Source of the DNA: Balanoglossus misakiensis
Taxonomy: Eukaryota; Animalia; Hemichordata
Assembly: GCA_040954595.2 (NCBI GenBank)
Contig: CM082579.2
Location: forward strand, 16,034,550-16,098,549
Direction: 5' to 3'
Length of the DNA stretch: 64,000 nucleotides
How positions within the stretch are numbered: position 1 is the first letter of the stretch; every line of letters starts with the position of its first letter. A program made the position numbers and the translations under genes. This document shows, in pieces, positions 23,401 to 36,000 of this stretch. A model generated the notes under the pieces. It searched no databases. It was not told the DNA's origin and was given only the letters and a program-made list of their open reading frames with translations.

Positions 23401-26400
23401 GAACGTTGATTCACTATATATCCACACATATAATAACATAAACGGTGTCTTGTATCAAACATAATTAATGGAAAAGGGGCAGCAAGAGAGAGACATTGTC
23501 CCTTTAATGACCTATTTTCCAGAGTAAATCTGTCCTTTTGTTATGTGTAGTCCCAGGTTAGAACTATGGTTTGTAGTTTCATTGCCAAAGGTTTAAGGAT
23601 CCTCCTACGAGAACATCTGGTCTTTGTATAGTCAACATTGAGAAATGATTTTAGTATGGACTAAAACTCAGTAGTAAATAATTAACAGTTTCTTTATGCA
23701 TATGTGAGCTATGCTGATGTGCTTATCAATTTTCAGGGCATTTCTGTATTGTGTATTTTTTTTTTGTATTCCACAGCAAAACATTCTTTGAAAGCATCCT
23801 TTGTTAAAAAGAAGCTGCAACTGCAAGACAAAGAGTTCGAGCAGCAAGAGGAACCTGAACAAGAACAAGAAATGGTCAAGGTATAATGGCATGAATATTT
23901 TAACATGTGAAATTTAGTCTGCCAGTGATGTCATGGTTTGTAATACAGTGTGGCATACAGTATCTACTGGCGATGAATTGAAATCTTGACATTTCAACAA
24001 AATTTATGGGGAACAAAAAATATAGTTTAAGCACAAAACAGCAACATTTTACAAAATCATAATTACAGCCAGATAGATATTTCATTTTTTTATTTTCTGT
24101 TATAGGGTACTGACAATGAAAAGTTAGTGTCCTGTGATCCTGTGTCCTGTGATCCTGTGTCCTGTGATGGTGTCAATGAAGATGTAGAAGTGATTGCGGT
24201 TGAAAATTCTGTTGACATAACAGTGGTGGAGGAGGTGGCAGCTTCATGTGAGGAATCCATGAAAGAATGTACTGCTGAACAGGCATTGAATTCAGAACAG
24301 GTTAGACATGATTAAGGTGGCACTGCATGAAACCGTCGAGACTTTTTCAGAGGCCTATTTCTCATCAAAGAAAAAGTTAAAACCCCCATAAACCATATAT
24401 ATTCTGGAAGCTGAGATTTTGAACTTTTGTTTGAGTTGCAAATATTATTGATCCCCGGAAATGGTGGCGATTTTGGGTGAAAAAAAACATTTTTTTGATA
24501 TTATGTCATGAAATTTAAAATAGGTAAAACAGTTGACCATGCATCATGCATCTTAATATGTCATTCAAAACTAGAGTACACGTGCAAAAAAACGCTAATT
24601 TTGTTTTGCGTTATCTGCTTCCATTGAGGAGTAACAGCGTTTAAAAGTTAGATTTTCAGAAAATTTGATCAAATTCACGGTGAGTTGTATTGAATCAGAG
24701 TTTATTCCCGCCAGGGACACTTTATCGACAAACAAAACTAGCGTTTTGTTGGATGGGTCATACACAATTCCCTGTCAAAATTTGAGCAAATTCGGCCAAC
24801 GCAGGGCGAAGCTATTTTAGTCCGAAGTTGTCAAGAGCAGCGAAAATGCAAACTGAGAAAAACGGCTATTTGCATTGTTGACACCTATTTGTTAAGCTGT
24901 GAACTCATTCAGAAAAGTGCTATTTTGGGGTGATTATGCACCATTTCCGCCAAGACGTATTAGTCAGGTTGTGGGTCAGTATTAGGCCTACCGATTTATG
25001 TAAAAAAGTAAAATTTGGCAAAAATCACAACTTTTCATGCAATGCCACCTTAATTAACTACTATAAATGATGGAGCAGGTTCTCCGAATAAATATTCGAA
25101 TGATCAGGCACTTCTAGTCAATACCAATTGTATTTATTGGCAAAATGTCTATTCTGCTACAGTAATACCTGTCGAAACTGAACACCAAAGTGACTGAAGA
25201 AATTATTCCATTTGCAAAGGTGTCTGGTTTATAGGGGTTCTTTTAACATGTGGTTCCATGTCAAAGGGACAGGAACATGTGTTCAATATAGATAGGTTTC
25301 AAGATTAGACAGGTTTTACTGCTGCATGAGGAAATATGGGGACAGTCAGAGCAGATATGATGGAAAATAACTCTGACTGGTATTTGCAAAGGTGTTGAAA
25401 GATTATGGAATGACTCTTAAACAAATGGGGCTTTCACATGTGATGTTTAGGCCGCCCCTGGGGGATATTGATTAGTCTAAGGTATTAAATGGTATCAATA
25501 TTAACGTTACAGGAAAGAGAGAAACAAGCTCAAAGGAAATTGCAGAGGAAAGATGTAAGTTTAGTCGAATTTTGATTCTGAGTCATACATTTGACTGGAT
25601 TGGTTATACTCCTACACCAAAGTGACAGTTTGGGCAATGATGTTAATACTGGATTGAAACGTGTTGATTGTCTTTGTAGTTTTTGATAAATTCTTCATTT
25701 TTACATTTATAGGATAGTTTTTGATAAATTGTTAATTTTTAGGTCCAATGTCTAAAAATTTAAAGCTCAGAGGTGCATTCTACTAAATGTTTGTTTTGTA
25801 CTTTCTCATCCACATACCTATTTCACGTTAGGCAAGGCAATCTCTTCCCTAGGAACCAGTTAGTCAGTGAATTGTCTGCTCAGGTTATGACACTCAATGT
25901 GTTTATTTCTTTACAGGCAGCACAGGCCAGAGCCGAAAATATAAGATTGCCCTTGATTAACGAAAGGAAAAGACAAATCTGCATCATGGTGAACGATGAG
26001 GTCCTGGAAAGGCCATTCAGAGACCTAGATACACTCAAAGTAAGTCAAGATATGGGCCATCAAGTGTAAATTGTGTGTTTCATGTTCACTGTTCAAATAC
26101 AGTCCGTTGCAGCCTTACAATGTAAGGCATTTCTGAGTGTAACTGCAGTCATACCAAAATAAAGAAACCAAGGTTTGGATTAATCATCATATTCTAGCAT
26201 TATAATTGTAAACATAAAAGAATCTATTTGCTTTGCAGGATGTCTTTGATTGGATTTGCGGTACAGTTGATTCAGAAGATCTTCCTTGCAGATTTTTTCT
26301 GCAATGTTTCGATCCTCCCAACTGTGTTGATTTTCAGTGTCAGCATGAATACCATGCCACAGCTGAGGCTGACTTCCTTTTAGTAGAATATCTACCAGAA

Positions 26401-26770
26401 ATGATGCTAGTGAAAGAGGTAATTTAATAATTTTAAATTTTTTTGATGATATTTGCATATTTCGGTGTTTGCCAATTTTGAGAGATTGATCAACTGTCTT
26501 TTTTAGCAGTTTTATACTGAAAATCGAGTTGTCCAAAAATGCACAACATTCTTCAGTCTCGTGAAACAGAATCCAAATGTTCACATAGTACAGCTATTCT
26601 GATTACCAAGTTTTATTTCGCATCACAAAATGTCAGTACATACACATGAATATGATAAACAATGTTTTTTAATGCATGAAATCACTTTTTTATTTGTTCA
26701 ACAGATTAGTGGTGACCTGGATGACACCCTAACAAACTATGATGATGTTCTTCTGTGTGGGCTGTTTTGA
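20427..26770 (+). CDS. Spliced cargo gene, 9 coding exons, 388 aa, with an acidic/coiled-coil middle and a putative C-terminal UBX/ubiquitin-like domain
   Basis: Exons 20427-20457, 20676-20782, 21286-21604, 23777-23880, 24106-24300, 25513-25554, 25917-26039, 26239-26418 and 26705-26770. All introns are GT-AG and phase-compatible, giving 1167 nt from ATG to TGA. The segment ICIMVNDEVLERPFRDLDTLKDVFDWIC resembles the UBX core; this domain call is tentative. Confidence 0.75.
22249..22640 (+). mobile_element. HINE/DINE-1-like non-autonomous element in an intron; 3' end approximate
   Basis: aggtccca-hairpin-tgggacct followed by a (GTAT/GTCY)n microsatellite at 22302-22342. Confidence 0.5.
22776..23197. 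repeat. Two ~183-bp direct repeats (period ~239 bp)
   Basis: tcacctgt...attaattatgtgcatacctaattccaggctaaccaata...cttggcatccagagcag at ~22776-22958 and ~23015-23197. Confidence 0.85.
23219..23440. mobile_element. Degenerate palindromic MITE
   Basis: gaatcaacattcgaccacacacaacttccatt pairs imperfectly with aatggaaggtgtgtgtggttgaacgttgattc. Confidence 0.7.
24316..25049. mobile_element. Non-autonomous TTAA-targeting DNA transposon (Kolobok-like, GG..CC termini), 734 bp
   Basis: TTAA|GGTGGCACTGCATGAAA ... TTTCATGCAATGCCACC|TTAA: a 17-bp TIR with 1 mismatch and a TTAA TSD. Confidence 0.8.
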
Positions 26771-26797
26771 ACTGTACTTGTGAACATTTTTTTTTAC

Positions 26798-26998
26798 TAG
26801 GGGACCATTCAGTTTTTACGGCGGGAGGTAGGTAGGGGGAGTCGGCAAAATCAAGGGGGTGTCACTTAAATTTGGAAATTCAAAAGGGGGGTCATCATTT
26901 TTTGGTCCCGTGTAAAGGGAATGGGGGGGGGGGTCTGCCTGTTTTTGAAAACAGATGACACAAACTTGCCCCAAGCCATGAAAACTGAACGGCTTCTA
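26798..26998. mobile_element. Small degenerate MITE between the convergent 3' ends
   Basis: The left end taggggaccattcagtttttacgg resembles the reverse complement of the right end, tagaagccgttcagttttcatgg. Confidence 0.5.
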
Positions 26999-27037
26999 AA
27001 GTATTAGCTGTTGTATTGTTCTCTTTAGTTGTGTAGT

Positions 27038-30000
27038 TTAGAAAAGTTCTTCAAGGCAAGGTGTCAAGTGCAAGTAGAGTTCTTTTGCTGCAAATGCTGT
27101 AGTGGGTTCATGATTCCATCCATTCATTTGGCATATGTTCCGTGCCACAACTGCGAAATCTTCATTGCAACCATTATTAAAGTTACACTGTGACTTGCAT
27201 AGCAAGAAAGTTTGAGAGCCAGCGTTGACTGAATGTATGTAGTTCCGACAATTAGGGCGGTCTGAAATAACAAAATATGTTTGTTCAAATAAGAATTTAT
27301 GTATGGGTTAAATACTATGAGGGTATTACGAAAATACTGCAAAGTATGCTCAAGGACATTAGCGCCACGTATCGCCTGATGCGTAGCGGAGGGCGATGCA
27401 CTATGCTAATGTCCAAATATATACTTTGTGGTATTTTCATAATAAAATTATTATTGTACATCTTACATCTCAGTTAGTTCTTGTGTTGCATATTATTTGG
27501 CTTTCAAAACGCTGGTACGATCAACCATAACCGATCAGCTGAAACACAGTACACAGTGAGCAGCCATCTTTCTTTTTTGTTTATATTGGAGTATCTATTG
27601 TTCTTGGTGCCAGATGTATATTAAGTTATTTTATTTTATTTACCTTAAGCAATGAAGTGATTGAAATGTTATTTTTCTATCATTCTCTGCAGATGTTATG
27701 TAATCTTGAGATTTTTGTTGAGGAAACTTTCCAATGTTCATGATTTATGCTTTAAACACTGCATGTCATTTACTTCATGGATAAGCCTTATGTTGACCTA
27801 ATGAGTGAAATACCCACATGACTTGTGATCTACATTCAGTCACAGGGTCCAGATTAGGTAGCATTTCTGCAATTTTAATGAATCTTTGTTGGTTTCTTTA
27901 TTTTGTTGCAATAAAAAAGTACCTAGTAACTCAGGACAGGTATAGAGAATTTCTGGAATGCCTGATACAGAATCTCCTTTATTTTGTCGCCTTATTCTGT
28001 GGTGGTTCCACCTCTCAACTACCTCATCCAGTTCCCTTTGCATGACAGAAAAATAACAAAACTGCATACTCATTCTGAAAGAAAAAATGCAAATTGATTT
28101 CAAGATGCTTGGGAATAATATGTGCATTTTATCATACTTAACAAATAGCATAATGTTACAAGTTTATGGAAATTCATCCAGTTAAAAATATGATTTCCAG
28201 CAGATCTACGGATTTCAAATGAACTGCAATATTTGATCTCCTGTCTATGTCTCTACCATCCTGTCTGTGTCTGTTTCTTCTCTGCTCTGTGCAAACATTG
28301 ACAGATTGAATAATGGAATTTCTTTCATTACTTGAAACAAAACATAAAGTGTATCAACTCACATGTTGACCGGGTCACCTAACTGCAAATGACCCATTGA
28401 TACCAAATCCTAGGGGATAAAAAATTGATAGTGGTGAATTTCCTGTAATGCTACAGTAAAATGTGTCAGTGAATGTGGTCTTGTACTTGTGTATAAACTG
28501 CCTGCAAGGCCATGGCCAGGAAAAAAAATGTTTGGAAAGCCTAGTCCTCATGTATAAAAACTCTGCAGGACAATTCAACATCATGATATGAACTGACTTG
28601 AGCTATACTGGTTATTTTTCTCATTCCTACACACAACTGCATCCACTAATGACATTGCATCTTGGGCTGTGGCACATTCTATGAGAATACAAATTTTGTC
28701 ACTTATACAACCATCTTTGTGTTTGAGTTGATTTTGTTTTGCAGAACACATTTGTACAAGCCAAATGATACTTTACCTTAAATGGTCAATCCACCAATCT
28801 GCACTTTTACTTCTTAACACACCCCACCATCGTTCAATACGCTGTAAGAAGAGATCACAATGAAAACAATGGTCTGACACAATTACTGTCACCACTCTGA
28901 ACAAACAAATGTGAAACACGATACCAAAAGTGTCTTTTTTGGATTATATTGTGAAACAAAAAACTGCACCAAATTTGAACAAAATTTGCTCAGGCATGCA
29001 GCAGCAATGGAATCGGTGACTGAAGTAGGGAAGATGGGGAGTCTATGAGGTTTGAGGATAGTCTCCTCAAGCATATAGTCATCTTAACAAGGTAGTGGAA
29101 AAATGGGTAGTATTAACAGTCTTTTTATCTCATGACACGGTACAGCGTAGGTATTCCTAAGAAAAATTGTGATGCCATTTGTCATATGTGGATAGAGGGC
29201 GCTGCGCATGCATGGTCGACAAGTTCAGCAACATCGTCTCTTGGTACGAGCCAAAAATCACTCCTTAGTTGGAACTTTTTTTCATCACCGGTCAATGTGT
29301 CGATTTTTGAAGGCGTGGACTATTAGCTGGCAACGGATTTTTGCGGAAGATTGCTGTAACTTTTTGTCAAAAGTGAGTTTTGATTTTTATCTATCAAGTC
29401 GAAGCCAGCACACAGAATCCTGCCGTTAGTTCCAGTCGATCTCATTATGCATGCAAAATAGTACTGGAATTCTGCTCCTTTGTTTAAAACCCACGTTGTG
29501 TAATCGAACACCTGTGCTCATTCACGATGCCGAGAAGAAAAGACCAAACACCATCTGGATCATCAGACTCTTGCCAATCAACACCTCCAGCTGGCACACC
29601 ACAATCAATAGAAAACCGGCTTGCTGAAATCTGTTCACATGTAAATCACATACCGGCACTATTGATCAGTATTGCTGAGCTCAAAGAAAGCCAAAGCACA
29701 ATACATTCGTCACTGGAGTTCTTCAACGGACTTGTAGAGGAAGTACGTGGACGAGTTTCTACTTTGGAGCTTGAAAATAAAGAAGTCAAAGAAACGAATG
29801 CACAGCTTTTCACTCGCATCACAGAGCTCGAGAAATCTATGGAAAGTATGAATCAATACAATAGACGTGAAAACATTGAACTTCATGGAATTCCTGAAAG
29901 TGCAGATGATGGAGAAAATACAGATGCAATCGTAACAAGAGTGCTAAAAAAGATCGATCCAGGTATCAGTGACCACGACATTGTGATTACCCACAGATTA

Positions 30001-33000
30001 GGTCAAAAGCATACAGGTGACAATGCTGCACCTACTTTCCCAAGACCAATCATTGTGCGATTCTTAAGCAGGAAGAAACGCGACTATATCCACCGGAACA
30101 AAAAGAAGCTAGCGACCATTACAACTGGAGATATTGGATATGCCAATCGGAACAAAATCTACGTAAATGAAAATCTAACTCCAAAAGCACGCAAACTTTT
30201 TAAGATGACGAACGTGAAGCGCAAATCAGCACGCTATAAGTATGCGTGGACGCGGAACGGTGAAGTTCTTGTGAAGAAAAGTGAGCAGTCACCTGTACTA
30301 GTGATAAGGAATGAGCTGGACCTTGCCAAGATTGTATAAACCATCTTGTAGACATTTTCTTGGTTTCCCATATATTGCTTCATGCCAAACTCAGTAAATG
30401 ACATAGATGATGACATTTTCACAGTTACAAATCATATACTGGAACCGTCAACATTTAATGATAAATTTAGCTCTAGATCCAGCCATTCTTTCTCAGTATC
30501 TCATATTAATGCAAGATCTCTCTGTAATAGTATAGACGATGTACGTCTCCTGTATAATGAATGTATCACCAGTCCTTTTCACATTATTGGTGTTTCAGAA
30601 ACCTGGCAAATCAATAATCAAACTTTTTTTAATTTGCCAAATTACTCTTTTGAGTTAAATAGCAGAAACATCGGTCGGGGTGGCGGGGTAGGGGCATATA
30701 TTCATTGTTCTCTTAAATACAAACTGTTAAACTTTAATGTGGTTCATTCTGAATCACTATGGTTTGAAATATGCGGGTTAAAGAATCGCATAGTTGTCGG
30801 TGTGTTATATCGCAAACCAGGAACTAGTGTCACAGAGTTTGAAGACAGTCTTTTTAATGTTCTTTGTTCTTTGAAACTGGATAAAAAACATTGTATTCTT
30901 ATGGGTGACTTTAATATTGATGTGTCAAGTCCAGATTCAAGTGCTCGGGATTTTATACCAAGGATGCAATGTCTTCATCTAGAACAGTTAATCTCCTCCC
31001 CAACTCGTATTACAAGTACTTCCAAGTCGACCATTGATCATATTTATTCCAATATTAGCTCTTGTCACATTGATGCTGGTACAATTATTGCTGATATTTC
31101 AGATCACTTACCTATTTTCTCTATTTTCAACAACTTCAATGTCCACACGCCATTTGTACGGTCAGTTTGTACAAGGAATTTCAGGCGCTATAACTCTGCT
31201 CGTTTTATTTCTGATTTAATTAATGTTAACTGGAACGTTGTTATGCATAACAATAGCTGTGTAAACACTGCTTTTGACACCTTCAGCAATTTGTTCAGCC
31301 AGGTGTGTGACCATCATGCCCCACTTGAGGTTAAAACTATTAAGGCCAAGTGTAACAAAAATCCCTGGATTACCAAAGCTATTAAGAAGTCAATTCGCAC
31401 CAAACGCAAACTATATGCTAAAGTTGTCACCACACAACATGAACCAAGTGCTGTTGCTCGCTACACAACCTACAGAAATATTCTTACAAGTGTTTTAAGA
31501 AAAGCCAAAAGGGTGTATTATGCTAATTTATTCACTGTAAACAACAATGGTAAAGTGTGGAATGTTGTAAATGAGTTGCTTGGTAAAAACACTACTTTAG
31601 ATAAAGCACCAGATCAGTTAAAGGTCAATGTAAATGGGATTGAAAGGTTGGTAGATAAGCCAGCTGATATGGCTAAGTGTTTTAATGACTTCTTTGTACA
31701 TGTGGGTCAAAATCTGGCAAAACACATTCCAAAAACCACAAAAGATTTTAAAAATTATATGAATGATCCTATGCCAAACTCTTTTTTTCTCCATCCTGTT
31801 ACGGTTGCTGAGATAAAAGAGATTTTGGTGCATCTTGACAGTAAAAAGGCCAGTGGGTGGGATAATATTCCTCCAAGACTCCTAATTGATGCAGCTGATG
31901 TTATTGCTCAACCTTTGACCCACATCATAAATATGTCTTTCTGTACCGGTGTCTTCCCTAATTCCTTAAAAGTCGCTAAGGTTAAACCTATCTTCAAGAA
32001 AGGAGAACAGAACATTGCTGGGAACTACAGACCCATCGCCATTTTATCAATGTTCAGTAAAGTGATAGAAAAAGTGGTAAACAAACAAGTGATTACTTAC
32101 CTTGATAAATATAATATATTATATAAGCACCAGTATGGCTTTAGAAAGAACCATAGCACCAAGCACACTTTGATTAACTTAGTTAACCACTTGTTAAAAG
32201 AAATTGATAAGGGGAATTCCACACTGGGGGTGTTTATTGACTTCAGCAAAGCTTTCGATACCATTCACCATGCCACTTTATTGTCCAAGCTTGAACATTA
32301 CGGGTTTAGGGGCCCCTGCCAGCATTGGTTTAACAGCTACCTCACAGACCGCTCACAGTATGTCACATTAACCAGTCATGTTTCAGAAAAGTCCTTGATC
32401 CACAATGGAGTCCCACAGGGATCAGTTTTGGGCCCAACCCTTTTCCTTATTTATATCAATGACCTTCCAAATTCTTCTACATTTTTTTATTTCCGTTTAT
32501 TTGCTGACGACTCCAATCTCTTCCATTCCTTCTCAGGTGCAGATAGTATTAACTTGACTCATATATCCTCTTATTTAAATGATGTTCAGCAATGGTGCAA
32601 TGCCAACAAACTAACAATTAATAGGGCCAAGACTCACTTTATTATTTTTAGGGGTCGGCAGAAAAAACTTAATGTTCTTGGGTCATTGCAAATCCAGAAT
32701 GAAGAAATCAAAGAGGTTGATGTGATACCATTTGTTGGGGTTTTATTGGATAAGCATCTGTCATGGTCACATCAAATTAACAAAATAAATAATCTCATTA
32801 GGAAGCACTGTGGAATTTTATACAAGATTAGAAATATTTTACCACTCCATATCAGAATTTTGTATTACAACGCCTTCATACTCCCCCATGTTACATATGG
32901 TCTTGAGGTTTGGGGCAATACTTACCCCACAAAGTTACGTTGTATCCAAGTTGCCCAAAAAACAATTGTACGTATAATGCTTTTCAAATCACACATGGAC

Positions 33001-36000
33001 CATTCTTCTCCTCTCTTTAATCAACTGAATATTTTGGATATTACCAAGCTTCACAGTTATTTACTAGGTTCCTTCATTTATTATTTATATCACCAGAAAT
33101 CTCCACATTCACTTTCAGATTATTTTAACACAACAAGTCATGAGCATAATACCAGAATTTGGTTACATCACTATCTACGCCCGTTCCATGCCAAAACAAA
33201 CTCAGGCCAGTTCTCGATATCACATACTGGAGCAAAAATCTGGAACGATATTCCTCCACAAATTAAGTCTTCAAATACTTTATGCCAATTTCGTAGGACA
33301 TTTAAACAACACCTCTTAAACCAGTACAAATGAATTTGTAATTTTCTTGATGTAGTATGATGCTGTTTTGTTTGTTTGTTTGTGATTGTTGTTCCTTTCT
33401 TTTTTCCATTACCATTTGCAATGGATAACTTTACACTGTTGTAGTGAGATCGTACTTGAATCACGCTTCAAGCGTTCCCTCAACATTATCTTTTTTTTTC
33501 TGTAACCAAGCAAGCTATATTGTAGGAGTACAGGCTAGACTAGCTGTGGCTATTTCCTGACTCCATATTTACCCACCATTTGTATTTTTACCTATCATAT
33601 GTACCCTTTAATTAATGGGTAAATAAAACATTATTATTATTATTATTATTATTATATAACTGACCTGGTTAGCAGTTGAAGGACCATACCAAAAGCTGTT
33701 GTCAGCAAAAGCATCATCACCATCTGTCCTCAACATGGCTTGAGCAGTCATTATCACTCCTGTTTCTGTGCCATGATCTGCTCGCAAGATCCTGGGGCAA
33801 CCTGCAAACAAATTAGGATTGACATTGGCAGCTCTTACAGTTAAAATGTTAACCCCCCCCCCCAAAAAAAAAAAAAAATTGTACACACTAGATTTAATTT
33901 TTAAGAAAGATTTTCATTCCAAATGCTTTACTGCCTACACGTAGTTTCAATGTTTTTCAACACAGCCTGGATATGTGAAGATCATTACAATGTTGCCACA
34001 GGAAATATTGGGTACAAGACTAATATGAGCATGCAATGGATAATTGTCATTGATTAGTGGTTGGCTAAATTTATCGCCTTTACCCAGTTCAGAAATGTCA
34101 ATAAAACAAATTTTGTCAAAATGATATGTTTAACAACCTTGAGTGAATGTGTCTATTACCTTTCAGCTTCTCAACTGTGTCTATGAAATAGGAAGCAACT
34201 TTGCTTGGATCATTGTTTGATGCACCAACTTTCAACCACAACACCCTTCGCGAAAATCTATAGAAAACAAAGTTATTATTAATTTTCAAATTAAAAAAGG
34301 AATAAGTAAATTTCATTGCATAAACATATTTCCACAGAATTGTTACTAAATGTGCTTCATTAATCTTAGCTTTCATCAATATTGTGATTCTCAAAAAACC
34401 AATGGTGTTACAATGGGTCTCCAGCATTCCTCAGAAAGGTTTGTATAGATGATAAGTTGATAGCACTTACCCATCGATGCAACCATGAATGGCAAATCCA
34501 TATGGAGATAGTTTATCATACCCATCTAAAAAAAAAAATCAAAACACAATGTCATACATGCCTAAATGTAGGGATAAACTGTTAATGCCATCTTGAAAAT
34601 TTGCAGTGCATTATGGGTCAATTGAGTTCCGGTTGGGGGGAGTAGCGTCTACAACCTATCCATTTCCAGCGGTTTAGTCAGATTTTCTTCATGTAACTAC
34701 TACTACTAACGTTACTTGAAGAAAATCTGACAAAACTGCTGGAAAATTGGATAGGTTGTAGACGCTACTCCCCCCCCCCCAACTGGGACTCAATTGACCG
34801 ATAATGCACTGCAAATTTTCAAGATGGCGTTAACACAGTTTATCCCTATATTTAGGCATGTATGACATATATATATATATATAATACGATTTGGGAGTTC
34901 GTTGCAAGTACTGCTGGCAGAGTGCTCGATGGTGTAAATCCAGAGCTTGATAGTAGAGTGTGCAAGGGAACTAAGGCTGTTTTGACATAGGCGGTGTATT
35001 ACTGTTCAGTTTCGTGTAAGCGGGGCCTACACTCGTCAGATACTGATGCCTGAATGATGGTGAAGGGTGTGGACAACAGGGAATTGGGTAGGGTGGATAT
35101 GCAAATGGGCCTACATTTGAATGGGAGTGTGTATTGATTGGGGCTGTGTGGAGGGGTGCTGATTGGCCAGATTCTTCAGGAGGAATTTGCTGGAGTGGCG
35201 GCATGTGCTGACGAGTTCGTTACGTTTGTTGAGTGTGGCTAGTTTTGGTTTGCATATGATGAAATATTTTTCCCAAAGACATAGGTTGCATCTGTTGCTG
35301 GTGGGGGTATAGGGGCTAGCTTGTTTTATTGTTTTCCATGTGATTTTGTGTTCTATGTGCTCGTCCTTTAGTTTCCAAGTTCTGTACTGTTCTTTTTGGC
35401 GGCGTTCCTGAATGAGTCCTTGTGGTTGTTGAAGCGGGTCTTGAAGGTGTTGGCAGTTAGTCCGACGTAGGTTTGGTCTGGCTTGCTATCCTGCGTAGTA
35501 ACGGTGGCTTGGTATACAATTGATTCGGTCAGGCAGTGTCCTGACATTGGGCAGTTTGCAGGTGACCGGCAGTTGCATTGTTTTTTAGTGCTGTTGTCGT
35601 TGTTGCTGGAAAGTACCGATTTGTTGTGATTCTGGATGGTTTGTGCTGTGTTGCTCATGGTGCTGTAGCTTATTTTTACTGTGTTCCGGTTGAATATCTT
35701 GTGGAGGGTGTGGCTTGGTGGGAATTCTTCGTTAATTATTTTGAGGAACTCTCTCCCTATATGTGTGGCGACGTTTTTACTGTACGGTGGGGTGTACCAT
35801 ATTATGTTCCTGCTGCGGTTTCTCTTGTGGGCTTGTGGTTGTTCTGTTGGCGGCGTGAATTTCAGTTCATGTTTGTATCCGCTTTTGTAGATGGCCTGTT
35901 GGTATAGTGGTGCGGCCGTGTTGAAGCATTCGTCGTCATATGAAATTTCTGAGAGTCGCTTGTTGATGGATTCTGGTATGTTTTTAGGATTCCTGGTGGG

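Larger units (their letters stand above)
29185..33655 (+). mobile_element. Apparently full-length non-LTR retrotransposon, CR1/L2 group (Crack/Daphne-like), in transposase intron 8; 5' end approximate
   Basis: Contains ORF1 and ORF2, a 3' UTR stem-loop at ~33525-33564, then AATAAA and a (TTA)n tail at 33631-33655. No TSD found. Confidence 0.9.

Noticed and set aside
24128-24168. 15-bp triplication encoding (VSCDP)x3
   Set aside because: Simple in-frame slippage in a low-complexity linker, with no evidence of function.
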